NCBI GenBank assembly: GCA_964625715.1
Contig: CAZVEF010000004.1
Span: 1-50,431, forward strand
Source of the DNA: an uncultured Spirochaetaceae bacterium
GTDB lineage: Bacteria; Spirochaetota; Spirochaetia; DSM-27196; SLST01
Direction of reading: 5' to 3'
DNA: 50,431 nucleotides
The position numbers and the translations under genes were made by a program. Positions 36,426 through 46,478 of this stretch are shown here, piece after piece. Numbering within the stretch: position 1 is the stretch's first letter; each line of letters starts with the position of its first letter. The notes under the pieces were generated by a model, which saw only the letters and a list, made by a program, of their open reading frames with translations, made no database searches and had not been told where the DNA came from.

Positions 36426-38090
36426 CTACCTCCGCTGCTCCGCGACGGGAAACTCACGGATTACCGAATCGGTCCACCACGAGAACTCGCGCACATCGAT
36501 CGCGCCGTCGCCGTTGAGGTCCCACTCGCGCACCGGAACGCCGACCTCCCGCTCGAAGACCTCCGGATCTCCGTCGCCGTCCGCGTCGACCGCAAGCGCG
36601 ACGAGGCGTCCGTTCCGGTACCCTTCGGCGACCTCGAAGTATCCGTCGTTGTCGAGATCACGCACGCCGCTCGTCGCAAAGCCGCCGTCGGTCAGGATGA
36701 GATGATCCCACGCACCGTCACCGTTCGCATCGCGAAGGATCTCACGTGCCGCACCACCCTCCCGGTAGACCCGCTCGAACACCGTTTCGTCGTCGCGCTG
36801 CAGGTCGATTCTGACGGAAGCCGCCACGAGCTCGCTGCGCTCGATCGCACGCGGTGCGTCGGCGAGCGCCATATCGCTTGCGAACAGCGGCCCGGAGGCG
36901 GGCAGGTCCACCACGGTCTCAAACCGCACGCTCCTCGGTCGCAGCACGAATACTTCGCTACCGACCTCCGTCGACATGCGCGCGCTCGACACGAACGGAT
37001 ACTGTTCGTACTCGAGCTCGACCGCGGGGAGCCCGGGGCTCGCGAGCCTGACCGAAGCCGGCTCGCCGCCGGAGAGCTCGAGGTCGAGCTCGGCAACACC
37101 GTCCTGGTCGGCATCGCGTTCCCATCGCTCGATCACGCCCGCATCCGCGGTAATGCGCTCGTTCCACATACCGTCGCGGTCGTTGTCGATCGTGCTGACA
37201 CCGCTGAACGACTTCGCGCGATCCAGCAGCCGCTCGGCGGCCTCCTCATCGAGGCGAGCGAGCAGCTCACGCCCGGTGCGATAATCCGACCAGCCGTCGA
37301 GCTCGACGAAGCGCTCGAGTGCGCGTTCGGGGTCGACCTCCAGCCACAGCTCTGCGATTCGCGCCTCGCCCCATTCGCGCTCCTCGAGCATCTCGAGCGC
37401 CCAGGCCGCTTCCTTGGCCACCGGAGCCCGCATTCCGTACTCGAAGAGCAGATCGTCGACGTCGGGCCCGTACGAGCTCCGCGCGTCGATGTCCAGGAAT
37501 CGTTCGAGCCGGCGTCGGTACTCCATCGACGGAAACGCCTCGGAGCGCAACGCGAACCAGAAGAAGCGCGGATCGTCGGGGAAACGGTCTGCCGCGAGCT
37601 CGACGATGCCGTCACGCTCGGCCTCGCGTCCCATCGCGTCGAGTGCTCGCGCACGCTCGAAGTGGGAGCTTGCGCGCAGGTCAGCGGGCATCGCCGGAGA
37701 CAGGTGCGTTTCGGCGAGGATCCGGTCCGCCTCCTCGGGCTCCCCTACCCGGTTCCACAATCGCGCGCGCAGCACGTTCGCGTGCAGCTGGTCGAACAGA
37801 CGCCACGCGCCGCGTTCTGCCGCCCGACCGGCGAGCTCGATCGCGCTTCGGGTCTCGCGGCGGTTCTCGGCGGCGATGAGCGCGGCGAGGTAGAGCGAGT
37901 CGCTCGACTCCGGGGCGAACTCCCGTGCGACATCGGCGAGCCGGCGCGCCCGGTCGAGACGGCCTTCCTCGTAGGCATCGTACGCCGTTTCGACGTAGAG
38001 CAACGCGATATCGCGGTCTGCCTCGGTCCCGGACGCCGCGGGCGGGACGAGAAGGAGACAGACAACGACAGCTCCCCACGTCCGCCTCAT
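36426..38090 (-). CDS. Exported TPR-like protein with six Dx[DN]xDG (Ca-binding-like) motifs
   Basis: Signal peptide, helical repeats, then DNDRDG, DADQDG, DANGDG, DLDNDG, DADGDG and DLNGDG. TGATG coupling to ftsH. Confidence 0.7.
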   Translation of the reverse strand: MRRTWGAVVVCLLLVPPAASGTEADRDIALLYVETAYDAYEEGRLDRARRLADVAREFAPESSDSLYLAALIAAENRRETRSAIELAGRAAERGAWRLFDQLHANVLRARLWNRVGEPEEADRILAETHLSPAMPADLRASSHFERARALDAMGREAERDGIVELAADRFPDDPRFFWFALRSEAFPSMEYRRRLERFLDIDARSSYGPDVDDLLFEYGMRAPVAKEAAWALEMLEEREWGEARIAELWLEVDPERALERFVELDGWSDYRTGRELLARLDEEAAERLLDRAKSFSGVSTIDNDRDGMWNERITADAGVIERWERDADQDGVAELDLELSGGEPASVRLASPGLPAVELEYEQYPFVSSARMSTEVGSEVFVLRPRSVRFETVVDLPASGPLFASDMALADAPRAIERSELVAASVRIDLQRDDETVFERVYREGGAAREILRDANGDGAWDHLILTDGGFATSGVRDLDNDGYFEVAEGYRNGRLVALAVDADGDGDPEVFEREVGVPVREWDLNGDGAIDVREFSWWTDSVIREFPVAEQRR

Positions 38091-39997
38091 CACTCGTCGC
38101 TCGTCTCCTCGGTACCCGTCCCATCGTCGCTGAGATCGGTGAGATCCGGTCGTTCCGGCAGACCGAGCAACTCGCGCACCTCGCGGTCGATGAGGGTCTC
38201 CTGATCGACCAGCGCGTCGGTGAGCTTCTCCAGCTCTGCTCGGTGTTCGGTGAGAATCTGCTTCGTCTCGGCGAACGCGTCGTCGAGAATCTGGTGGATC
38301 GCGTCGTCGATCTGCCTCGCCTTCTCCTCCGAGTAGTCCTTGTGACGCGCAATCTCCTTGCCCAGGAAGATCGGCTGGTCCTCCTGTCCGTACGCCACCG
38401 GACCGAGCGGGCTCATACCCCACTCCGTCACCATCTTGCGCGCTATGTCGGTCGCCTGCGCGAGATCCGCCTGCGTGCCGGTCGTGGTCTCGTCGTAGAA
38501 CATCTCCTCGGCGACGTAACCGCCGTAGGCGATCTTGATCCGATCGAGCAACCAGCCACGCCCGTGGGAGTACGTGTCCTTCTCGGGTAACGAGAACGAG
38601 ACGCCGAGCGCGCGACCGCGGGGAACGATCGTCACCTTGTGAAGCGGGTCGGAGTTCGGCAGGTAGTAGTGCAACAGCGCGTGGCCGGCCTCGTGGCATG
38701 CGGTCTTGCGCTTCTCATCCTCGGTGAACACCCGCGAACGGCGCGCAACCCCCATCATGATCTTGTCCCGCGCTTCCTCGAAGTCGTCCATCTGAACAAG
38801 CTCGCGGTTACGACGCGCCGCGTAGAGAGCGGCTTCGTTGACGAGGTTCGCGATATCCGCGCCCGAGCAGCCCGGCGTTGCCCGGGCGACGCGATCGAGA
38901 TCGACCCTCGGCGAGAGGGGAATCCTCGACGCGTGGATCCTCAGGATCGCCGCGCGTTCCCCATGGTCCGGCATGTCGACGACGACCTGGCGGTCGAACC
39001 GGCCCGGGCGCAGGAGCGCGGGGTCGAGCACGTCCGCGCGGTTGGTGGCCGCGAGGATGATGACCCCGTCCTTCGTGTCGAATCCGTCCATCTCCACCAG
39101 CATCTGGTTCAGCGTCTGCTCGCGTTCGTCGTGACCGCCACCGTAACCGGCCCCGCGGGTTCGTCCGACCGCGTCGAGCTCGTCGATGAACAGGATGCAC
39201 GGTGCGCTCTTGCGCCCCTGCTCGAAGAGATCTCGCACGCGGCTCGCACCCACACCGACGAACATCTCGACGAAGTCGGAACCCGACATGTGGAAGAACG
39301 AGACCCCGGCCTCGCCGGCGCACGCCTTCGCAAGGAGCGTCTTGCCGGTACCGGGCATCCCGACCAAAAGGACGCCCTTGGGGATCTTCGCGCCCATCCG
39401 CGTGAACTTGGCCGGGTTCTTGAGGAACTCCACGACTTCCTGCAGCTCGTACTTCGCTTCGGCCTGCCCGGCGACGTCGGCAAAGACGACCTTGCTTCCG
39501 TCGTCGGCGTACTTCTTCGCCCGGCTCTTGCCGAAGGAGAACGCGCGATTCCCGCTCCCCTGCATCTGCCGGAACATGAACCAGATGATGAAGATCCCGA
39601 ACACCCAGGGAAAGAGGTTGAGCAGGATCTGCCAGGTGGGGACGCTTCCGGTCTGACCACGCGTAGGAACGTTTCCCTCACGCAGCAGACGCATGAGCTC
39701 ATCGTCGAAGTACGGTATTCGCGTCCGGAAGATCGAGTCTTCGCCTCCCATCCCCCGGAGGCGCCCCCGTATCTCGTACTGGTCGATGATCGTGACCGAT
39801 TCGACCCGGTTCTGCTCGACGTGGTCGACGAAGGTCGAATAGTCGATCTCTACGCCGGGGTTTCGGGTGGGGGAGGACAGCAGAAGGACGAAGATCCCGA
39901 GGATCGCCAGCAGCAGTATCAGCGCAAAGCGGTTGTTGCGGAAGTTGAAATTGAACGGGTCCTGATTGTTCCCGTTTTTCTTCTGGTCGTCACCCAT
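38090..39997 (-). CDS. ftsH: ATP-dependent zinc metalloprotease FtsH
   Basis: Two TM helices, [14 protein letters not shown], the [23 protein letters not shown], and HEAGH. Confidence 0.98.
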   Translation of the reverse strand: MGDDQKKNGNNQDPFNFNFRNNRFALILLLAILGIFVLLLSSPTRNPGVEIDYSTFVDHVEQNRVESVTIIDQYEIRGRLRGMGGEDSIFRTRIPYFDDELMRLLREGNVPTRGQTGSVPTWQILLNLFPWVFGIFIIWFMFRQMQGSGNRAFSFGKSRAKKYADDGSKVVFADVAGQAEAKYELQEVVEFLKNPAKFTRMGAKIPKGVLLVGMPGTGKTLLAKACAGEAGVSFFHMSGSDFVEMFVGVGASRVRDLFEQGRKSAPCILFIDELDAVGRTRGAGYGGGHDEREQTLNQMLVEMDGFDTKDGVIILAATNRADVLDPALLRPGRFDRQVVVDMPDHGERAAILRIHASRIPLSPRVDLDRVARATPGCSGADIANLVNEAALYAARRNRELVQMDDFEEARDKIMMGVARRSRVFTEDEKRKTACHEAGHALLHYYLPNSDPLHKVTIVPRGRALGVSFSLPEKDTYSHGRGWLLDRIKIAYGGYVAEEMFYDETTTGTQADLAQATDIARKMVTEWGMSPLGPVAYGQEDQPIFLGKEIARHKDYSEEKARQIDDAIHQILDDAFAETKQILTEHRAELEKLTDALVDQETLIDREVRELLGLPERPDLTDLSDDGTGTEETSDE

Positions 39998-40000
39998 ACC

Positions 40001-41419
40001 CTACTCGAGCGCAGACCGTACGATCAGCAAGCCGTCTTCCTCACTCCGGTCGTCCGGGCGAAGAACGTCGCGGTAGCCGAGCACCGAGCCGAGGACAGCT
40101 GTCACACCGTACCGGTCGACGACCACCGGAATCAGACCGCGATCCGCATGCGGTACGCCCATATCGGCGAGCAGCGCGGGAACAGACCGGCCTTCTCCTG
40201 TCACACGGTCACCGGAACGTGATGCACGCACCACGACCGGCCGCCTTATCCTATTCAAGTGTAGCACACGGTCTCGCGAGAATGTGCAAGGTTCCCGAGC
40301 GAGCGTGAGCGACCAACCGAGACCGGCGTCAACCGGGCGATCGGTGGCCATGATTCGAAGATACCCACTTTCCCCGGACCGGACAATATCACGCTCGACC
40401 AGCAGCGCTTGGGCGACAAGCTCCACGCGAACGCCCCGGGCCGCGATCATCGTTCGCGCGCCGCCGGGATCGCGCCCCAGGAGTGGAGCGAAGAACCGCT
40501 GCGCCGGCCTGTTCCGCCGTTCGAGCATACCGAGCCGTCCGAGCGCGCGGTAGAGGAGTTCGAGCCGCGCATCCGCGTCGAGCTCGAAGAACCCCCGCCG
40601 GTCGATGCGTGCCGCGCTATCGTCGTACTCGACCGCGCAGCTCGCAGCGCGGGCGCTCGCCAGGTCCCGCGCGCGCCGCATCGCTCGCGAGAGAAGCAGG
40701 AGATCGTGCCGGATCGCCGGCCAGCGCTCTTCGAGCAGCGGCAGCACCTCGTGGCGGACGAGGTTCCGGCGGTACGCCCGGCTCTCGTTCGTGCGGTCCT
40801 CGCTCCAGCCCAGACCGCGGCGATCGAGCGAAGCGATGATCTGCTTTCGGGACACCCCGAGCAGCGGCCGATGGACGGTCACGCGCTCGCCGAGCTTGCG
40901 CGAACTCGGGATTCCCGCGAGCAGGGTTCCCGTCACCCCGTCGAGCAGGCGCATCAGCACCGTCTCCTCCTGATCGTCGCGAGTGTGGGCTGTCACCAGC
41001 ACGCGCGCACCGCAGGCGCGGCACACATCGCGCAGAAAACGGTATCGCAACGAACGCGCCGCGGACTCGGGACCGCCGGCAGGACCGGTCTCATCGAACA
41101 TCGCCTGCCGATGGGCACGGTCGAACTCCACCGGTCTGCGCGCTCCGCCCTGCGCGCGTCCCACGAACAGCGGCCCTTCGCACACGGCTGCAAGCGACCG
41201 CACGACCCGCAGGTCGCGCTCGCTGTCGATTTCACTCCTGATGCCGTGATCGAAGTGGGCGAGCACCACGCGCTCGGCCGGCGAATGCCCCTGCTGTCGA
41301 ACGGCGTCGCAGATCGCGGCGGCGAGCGCGCTGCTGTCGGCCCCGCCGGAGACGGCCACGACGATCGTGTACGCATCCACCTCGCGGAGCCACCGGTTAA
41401 CCGCGTCCTCGACGCTCAT
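40001..41419 (-). CDS. tilS: tRNA(Ile)-lysidine synthetase
   Basis: AVSGGADS PP-loop, HFDHGIR, ARSLRY, TAHTRDDQEET, RPLL and RN.VRH. Confidence 0.93.
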   Translation of the reverse strand: MSVEDAVNRWLREVDAYTIVVAVSGGADSSALAAAICDAVRQQGHSPAERVVLAHFDHGIRSEIDSERDLRVVRSLAAVCEGPLFVGRAQGGARRPVEFDRAHRQAMFDETGPAGGPESAARSLRYRFLRDVCRACGARVLVTAHTRDDQEETVLMRLLDGVTGTLLAGIPSSRKLGERVTVHRPLLGVSRKQIIASLDRRGLGWSEDRTNESRAYRRNLVRHEVLPLLEERWPAIRHDLLLLSRAMRRARDLASARAASCAVEYDDSAARIDRRGFFELDADARLELLYRALGRLGMLERRNRPAQRFFAPLLGRDPGGARTMIAARGVRVELVAQALLVERDIVRSGESGYLRIMATDRPVDAGLGWSLTLAREPCTFSRDRVLHLNRIRRPVVVRASRSGDRVTGEGRSVPALLADMGVPHADRGLIPVVVDRYGVTAVLGSVLGYRDVLRPDDRSEEDGLLIVRSALE

Positions 41420-41973
41420 TGGCGTCTGTTGACGTGGTTCATCGCCGCCTCGAGCCCACGTTCGGCCACGCCAAGAACAGTTCTCGAGGCGAGCGCGATC
41501 GCCTCGTCGTAGAGGTGCGCTTCGCTCTCGTCCGGAGGAGACAGAACGTGATCGATCACCGCCTCAGGCGAGCCCGGATGGCCGACCCCTACGTACAGCC
41601 GTGCGAAATCGCCGGTTCCGAGCGCGTTCATGATCGAGACAAGGCCGTTGTGCGACCGACTCGAACCGCGACGCTTGATCCGCACGACGCCGGGCTCGAG
41701 GTCCATGTTGTCGCACACGACCAGCACGTCGTCGACAGAGGCACCGGTCGCGCGCAGGAGCACAGGCATCACGTCGCCGGAGCGATTCATGTAGGTGAGC
41801 GGCGTGACGAGCACGAGCTCGTCGCGACCGGTCCACAGGTAGGGTCGCAACAGGCGCTTGCGGAGCCTCAGACCCTGCGTAGCGGCGACGCGCCGCACGA
41901 CGTCGAATCCGACGTTGTGGCGCGTACCTTCGAATCGAGGACCGGGGTTACCCAGCCCCACAACGAGCAGCAG
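41416..41973 (-). CDS. pth: Peptidyl-tRNA hydrolase (probable CTG start)
   Basis: LVVGLGNPG, TRHNVG, TYMNRSG and HNGL. GAGGAG lies 7 nt before CTG 41973. Confidence 0.92.
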   Translation of the reverse strand: MLLVVGLGNPGPRFEGTRHNVGFDVVRRVAATQGLRLRKRLLRPYLWTGRDELVLVTPLTYMNRSGDVMPVLLRATGASVDDVLVVCDNMDLEPGVVRIKRRGSSRSHNGLVSIMNALGTGDFARLYVGVGHPGSPEAVIDHVLSPPDESEAHLYDEAIALASRTVLGVAERGLEAAMNHVNRRQ

Positions 41974-41977
41974 ATCA

Positions 41978-42631
41978 CTACTCCTCGGCGGCTTCCTCGG
42001 ACTCTCCGCCCTCGGCAACCTCGCCTTCCTCGGCGACCTCGCCTTCTTCGAGTTCCTCTTCCTCCGCCTCGGGCTCAACTTCGATCCGCGGCATGGCGAC
42101 GAGCGCGACGACGTTCTCATGGTTGGTGAGAATCGTGACACCCTCGGGTGCTTCGAGGTCGCTGACGTGCAACGATTCACCGACGGCGAGGTTGGTCACG
42201 TCTACGCGGAACGCCTCGGGGATGTCTTTGGGCAGACACTCTATCTCGATCTCGTAGAGCTGCTGTTCGAGGATTCCCCCCTCGCGCGATCCGATCGCGG
42301 AGCCCTCGAGATGGATACCAATGTGGGTTCGCAGGGTCTTGCCCGCCTCGATCTCGAAGAAGTCGATGTGATCGACGCTTCCGGTCAGAATGTTTTCCTG
42401 GTAGTCCTTGATGAGAACGTCGTAGGTCTCGTCTCCCACCGTCAGCTTGATGATCTGACTCTCCGAGATGATCTTGAACTCACGAATGAACTCCAGCCCA
42501 TCGATGGTCACGGGCACCGGCTCGCGATGTCCGTAGATCACGGCGGGAATCTTGCCGGCGCGTCGCAAGCGACGGGCTGCACCGGTCTTCAGCTCGGTCC
42601 GCGCAGATGCGCTCAGCGTCTTCTGGTCCAT
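41978..42631 (-). CDS. rplY: 50S ribosomal protein L25/Ctc
   Basis: ARRLRRAGKIPAVIYG, HIDF, C-terminal Ctc domain and acidic tail; AGGAG SD. Confidence 0.95.
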   Translation of the reverse strand: MDQKTLSASARTELKTGAARRLRRAGKIPAVIYGHREPVPVTIDGLEFIREFKIISESQIIKLTVGDETYDVLIKDYQENILTGSVDHIDFFEIEAGKTLRTHIGIHLEGSAIGSREGGILEQQLYEIEIECLPKDIPEAFRVDVTNLAVGESLHVSDLEAPEGVTILTNHENVVALVAMPRIEVEPEAEEEELEEGEVAEEGEVAEGGESEEAAEE

Positions 42632-42684
42632 TGCAATCTCCTGGTCGGGTAAGCTACCAAATCTGCACCGGCTCGAACAGGCCC

Positions 42685-43029
42685 TCACGCATGAACGTCG
42701 TCTCCGGAACCGGTCTGCGTTCGGGAATCCGCGGCGTCCCCGGTCGCATCCACTCCCTCGGACCGGGGCACCGGGTCTTCCTCGGCCTCGTAGGCACCCA
42801 CGATCCTGTCCTGGAGCACGTTCCGGAACTCCGAGGTAATCGGGTGAGCCACGTCCTTGAACTCGCCGTTCTTCGTCTTCCGGCTGGGCATCGCGATGAA
42901 GACACGGTCGGCCCCCTCGATCACTTTCACGTTGTGCACCACGAAGCAGGCGTCAAAGGTAACCGTCACGTAGGCCTTCAGCTTCCCCTGGTTGTCTACC
43001 TTTCGAACCCGGATATCCGTAATCTCCAT
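42685..43029 (-). CDS. spoVG: SpoVG nucleic-acid-binding regulator
   Basis: [29 protein letters not shown] and FKDVAHPI. Confidence 0.96.
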   Translation of the reverse strand: MEITDIRVRKVDNQGKLKAYVTVTFDACFVVHNVKVIEGADRVFIAMPSRKTKNGEFKDVAHPITSEFRNVLQDRIVGAYEAEEDPVPRSEGVDATGDAADSRTQTGSGDDVHA

Positions 43030-43087
43030 CTTGTTGCTCCTTTGAGGCTCAGTAGACGAAAAAGAGACCATACCGTGGCAACGGGTT

Positions 43088-43115
43088 ATTATACGTCAGG
43101 GAGAGCACATGTCAA
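43088..43115 (-). promoter_or_regulatory. Consensus sigma70 promoter TTGACA-N16-TATAAT for the spoVG-rplY-pth-tilS-ftsH operon
   Basis: Both hexamers match the consensus perfectly. Confidence 0.88.
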
Positions 43116-43178
43116 TGAAAGAGGAGCGCATGGGTTCGGATTCCGGCTGGGTCCGGATTCCAGCCGGGGGGGAGGAGC

Positions 43179-43388
43179 ATGAGCGATTGGGACGATGACG
43201 ACGATTTCGACGACATCGAGTCCGATCCGGACTGCGACGGCGTCGACGATGTCTACGAAGACGAGCCCGATTACGACGACGAGCCGGATTACGACGATAT
43301 GGACGACGACGATTTCGACGACGACATCGAGTTTGACACCTACTACGAGGAACCCGACGACGCCGAGTTCGACGACGAGGTCGAGTAG
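43179..43388 (+). CDS. 69-aa hyper-acidic small protein
   Basis: ATG after a GGAGGAG-containing tract; 42 of 69 residues are D/E with no K/R/H; GAC/GAG codon usage as in other genes here. Confidence 0.6.
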   Translation: MSDWDDDDDFDDIESDPDCDGVDDVYEDEPDYDDEPDYDDMDDDDFDDDIEFDTYYEEPDDAEFDDEVE

Positions 43389-43726
43389 ATCTCATTCGCG
43401 CCGAACCACAACCGCTCGAGCTCGTAGAACTCGCGCAGTTCTTCGGTCATCAGGTGGATGACGACGAATCCCACGTCGATCAGCACCCAACCGATCTCCG
43501 TGTCGCGTTTGCGCGGATGCAGCGGCTCGAGGTCGAGCGACCGGAAGAGCTCGTCGAGCTGCAGGATGAGCCCCCGCAGATGCCCCTGGGAGTTCACCGT
43601 GGCGATGACAAAGTAGTCGGCAAACGCGCAGCTGCCGGTAACGTCGAGTGCGACCGGGTCGCGCGCCTGCGCGTCGTCGAGCAGACGCGCTACTTCCAGT
43701 ACCTGGGTACGTTGATTATCTGACAT
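43343..43726 (-). CDS. rsfS: Ribosome silencing factor RsfS
   Basis: ADYFVIAT, WVLIDVGFVVIHLM and REFYELERLW. Confidence 0.93.
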   Translation of the reverse strand: MSDNQRTQVLEVARLLDDAQARDPVALDVTGSCAFADYFVIATVNSQGHLRGLILQLDELFRSLDLEPLHPRKRDTEIGWVLIDVGFVVIHLMTEELREFYELERLWFGANEIYSTSSSNSASSGSS

Positions 43727-44909
43727 AGCGTCCGTCAAAATCCTCACCGAGAATGATCGTCACGTCAACCGCACCCTGCGGATCGACGTCGCTGTCCACC
43801 AGCGACGCACGAATGATGTCCGCGGTGCGCCGGGCGAAGATATCGTTGCCCACCCGGTCGACGACGAGCGTGTTCTCCACGGTGCCGCTCTGGGCGTTTC
43901 CCACCGCGACGACGTCGAACCCGTAGCTGCGGTAGAGCTCGGCGGTCCGGCGCGCGAGTCCGGTCTCGTCGGTACCGTTGAGAATCTCCAGCCGGATCAC
44001 GATGTTCTCGTCAAGCACCGATCCCTCGGATGCGAGATTATCCACCACCTGGCGCACCGACTCCTTGAGCCATCGACCCTCCTGATGCGGGAAGAGCAGC
44101 ATCTTCTCGGCCCCATCGGTGTCCACCTGCCGGTCGACACCCTCAACCTGTCGCGTGATTAGCCGATCGCTCTCGAGCGCGCCAAGCTCACGCATCAGCG
44201 AGACGAGCGCCGCCCGCTCCATGTTCGTGTCCATCTGGTCGATCAGAACCCGGGACATTCGCGGATCGGAGAACGTCCGGTGGTTCTCTCCGAGCTCCTT
44301 GAGCAGCGACACCACGAGCTTCTGGTGTCGAGCGATTCTCTCCCGGGCGCGCTCGCCGTCCCCGGCGTAGGTGACGTACTCGACTGCCTTCGCCCCGTCG
44401 AGTACGACGTCGCCGCTGGGAATCCGTACCGCGTTCGGCCCCTCGTTCGGCAAGTCGGTCACGAAGACCGATAGTCCGGCGAGCAGATCCACGACCGCCT
44501 CGAGGCCGGAATCGTCGAGGTGGATCGAGAACGGAATATCGACGCCGACCAGCGTGCCCACCGCCTGCCGGTACGCGTCGATCCCGTCGGTGAAGAAGAC
44601 CGTGTCGATCGAATCGATGCGATCGAGCGATTCGACGACGACACCGGTGTGACTCGGCACGTCGAACAGCGCCCCCCGATCGGAGGCCGAATCGTAGAAG
44701 AGCGTCTGGGTCGACAGACGACCGTCGTTGAGCTCGATGACGAGGAGCACGGCGAGCTGCCCTCCGGTCTCAACGAGATCCGAGACCTCGTCCGTTCGCA
44801 GAGCAAGGCTCACGACGACCACGGCGACGACGATCACCGCCACGATCACGATGAGAAAGAGCACACCCTTGTCTATTCCGCCTCGTTGCATACTGCTTCG
44901 CTCCGTCAC
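43716..44909 (-). CDS. LCP-like membrane protein with a LytR C-terminal domain
   Basis: One TM helix, LDGAKA...R..R.Q LCP-like segment, and EILNGT..GLA, VGNA and DVTIILGEDF LytR_C motifs. Confidence 0.8.
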   Translation of the reverse strand: MTERSSMQRGGIDKGVLFLIVIVAVIVVAVVVVSLALRTDEVSDLVETGGQLAVLLVIELNDGRLSTQTLFYDSASDRGALFDVPSHTGVVVESLDRIDSIDTVFFTDGIDAYRQAVGTLVGVDIPFSIHLDDSGLEAVVDLLAGLSVFVTDLPNEGPNAVRIPSGDVVLDGAKAVEYVTYAGDGERARERIARHQKLVVSLLKELGENHRTFSDPRMSRVLIDQMDTNMERAALVSLMRELGALESDRLITRQVEGVDRQVDTDGAEKMLLFPHQEGRWLKESVRQVVDNLASEGSVLDENIVIRLEILNGTDETGLARRTAELYRSYGFDVVAVGNAQSGTVENTLVVDRVGNDIFARRTADIIRASLVDSDVDPQGAVDVTIILGEDFDGRYVR

Positions 44910-45481
44910 CGTTCGCGATAGAGCCCGTACGACTCGATGTAGCCGAATACCGGCGGTGGCACGAGGTAGCGATACGGCAGGCCTTCTCGCACCCGCTCGC
45001 GGATCTCGGTCGCCGAGATACCGAGCAGCACGTTGTCCACGGCCGTGTGAGGCCGGTTGAACTCAGGCGCATCGTTCACCGGTCGTCGCACCAGAATGAG
45101 GTCGGCAAGCTCCTCGATTTCCTCCACACCGCGCCAGGAATCGAACCCCGCAACGAGGTCCTCCCCCACGATCAGACCCGGCTTTCCGGTCACCTCCTCG
45201 CTCGCTACCAGATGCCGGAGCGTGCGCACCGTGTACGAGACCCCCTTCTCGTCGATCTCGAAGGTATCTACGACGAACTCCGAGCGGTCGGCCACCGCCA
45301 ACCGAAGCATTTCCACCCGTTGCTTCGCGTCGGCGACCGGCGTCTCGCGCTTGTGGGGCGGAACGCGTGTGGGTATGAACCGTATCTGCTCGTAGTCGAG
45401 CCGGGCGAGCACCTCGTCCGCCATGAGCAGATGCCCGAGATGAACCGGATCGAACGTCCCGCCGAGTATCGCCGTCCTCAC
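44906..45481 (-). CDS. nadD: Nicotinate-nucleotide adenylyltransferase
   Basis: GGTFDPVHLGH, PPHK, SYTVRTL and ISATEIR. Confidence 0.95.
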   Translation of the reverse strand: MRTAILGGTFDPVHLGHLLMADEVLARLDYEQIRFIPTRVPPHKRETPVADAKQRVEMLRLAVADRSEFVVDTFEIDEKGVSYTVRTLRHLVASEEVTGKPGLIVGEDLVAGFDSWRGVEEIEELADLILVRRPVNDAPEFNRPHTAVDNVLLGISATEIRERVREGLPYRYLVPPPVFGYIESYGLYRER

Positions 45482-46464
45482 TGCCGCTCTCCGAATCGCA
45501 GGAAGACCCCGGCGAGCTCGCGGATTCCGTCGCCGGTGAGCGCAGAGACGCCGACAATCGCCTGATCATCGAGCCCGTCGCGAAGCTCCTGGAGCCGCCG
45601 CAGCGCCCCGTCCTCGTCCATCTTGTTGCCCACGATGATCCTCGGCTTGCGAGCAAGCCCGCCGCCGTAGTCCGCAAGCTCCCCTTCGAGCATCGACACG
45701 GTCTCCAGCGGTGCATCCTCGCCGAGATCGACGATGTACGCAAGCGATCGAGTTCGCGAAATGTGGCGCAGGAACCGGAAGCCGAGACCCGCGCCGTGCG
45801 AGGCGCCCTCGATGAGTCCGGGGATGTCGGCAAGGATCAGCTGGCTGTGGTCGAGCTCCATGACGCCGAGATTCGGGATCTTCGTGGTGAACGGGTACGC
45901 ACCCACCTTCGGGTGGGCAGCGGTCATCCGCCCGAGCAGGCTCGACTTACCCGCGTTGGGTTTGCCGACGAATCCGATATCGGCGATGAGCTTCAGCTCT
46001 ACCCGCAACTCGCGCTCGGCACCCGGTTCCCCGTCCTGGGCGAACCTGGGCGTCTGATTCCGCGAGGTCGCGAAGTGACTGTTTCCCTTGCCGCCACGCC
46101 CGCCTTCGAGCAGCACGTGCCGGGCATCGGGTTCGACCACGTCGAGCAGGAGTTCGTTCGTCTCGGCGTCGAAGATCGCCGTCCCGGGCGGCACTTCGAT
46201 TACCGCGTCGGCGCCGTCGCGTCCATGCCGATTGCGGCCGGCGCCCGGGCGTCCTCGCTGCGCGCTGATGTGCCGACTGCGCGTCAGGTCGATCAGCGTT
46301 CGCAGATCCCGCCGGGCGCGCACGACCACGTCACCCCCGTGGCCTCCGTCGCCGCCGTCGGGTCCGCCCTTGGGAACGTACTTCTCCCGCCGGAACGAGA
46401 CAGACCCCGGCCCTCCGGCCCCCGACGCGATGTGAATCCGTACTTCGTCGACGAAGCTCTGCAA
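45478..46464 (-). CDS. obgE: GTPase ObgE (short form)
   Basis: FRREKYVPKGGPDGGDGG, GKPNAGKS, YPFTT, DIPG and NKMD. Confidence 0.97.
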   Translation of the reverse strand: MQSFVDEVRIHIASGAGGPGSVSFRREKYVPKGGPDGGDGGHGGDVVVRARRDLRTLIDLTRSRHISAQRGRPGAGRNRHGRDGADAVIEVPPGTAIFDAETNELLLDVVEPDARHVLLEGGRGGKGNSHFATSRNQTPRFAQDGEPGAERELRVELKLIADIGFVGKPNAGKSSLLGRMTAAHPKVGAYPFTTKIPNLGVMELDHSQLILADIPGLIEGASHGAGLGFRFLRHISRTRSLAYIVDLGEDAPLETVSMLEGELADYGGGLARKPRIIVGNKMDEDGALRRLQELRDGLDDQAIVGVSALTGDGIRELAGVFLRFGERQ

Positions 46465-46478
46465 CGAAACGAGGTGCG

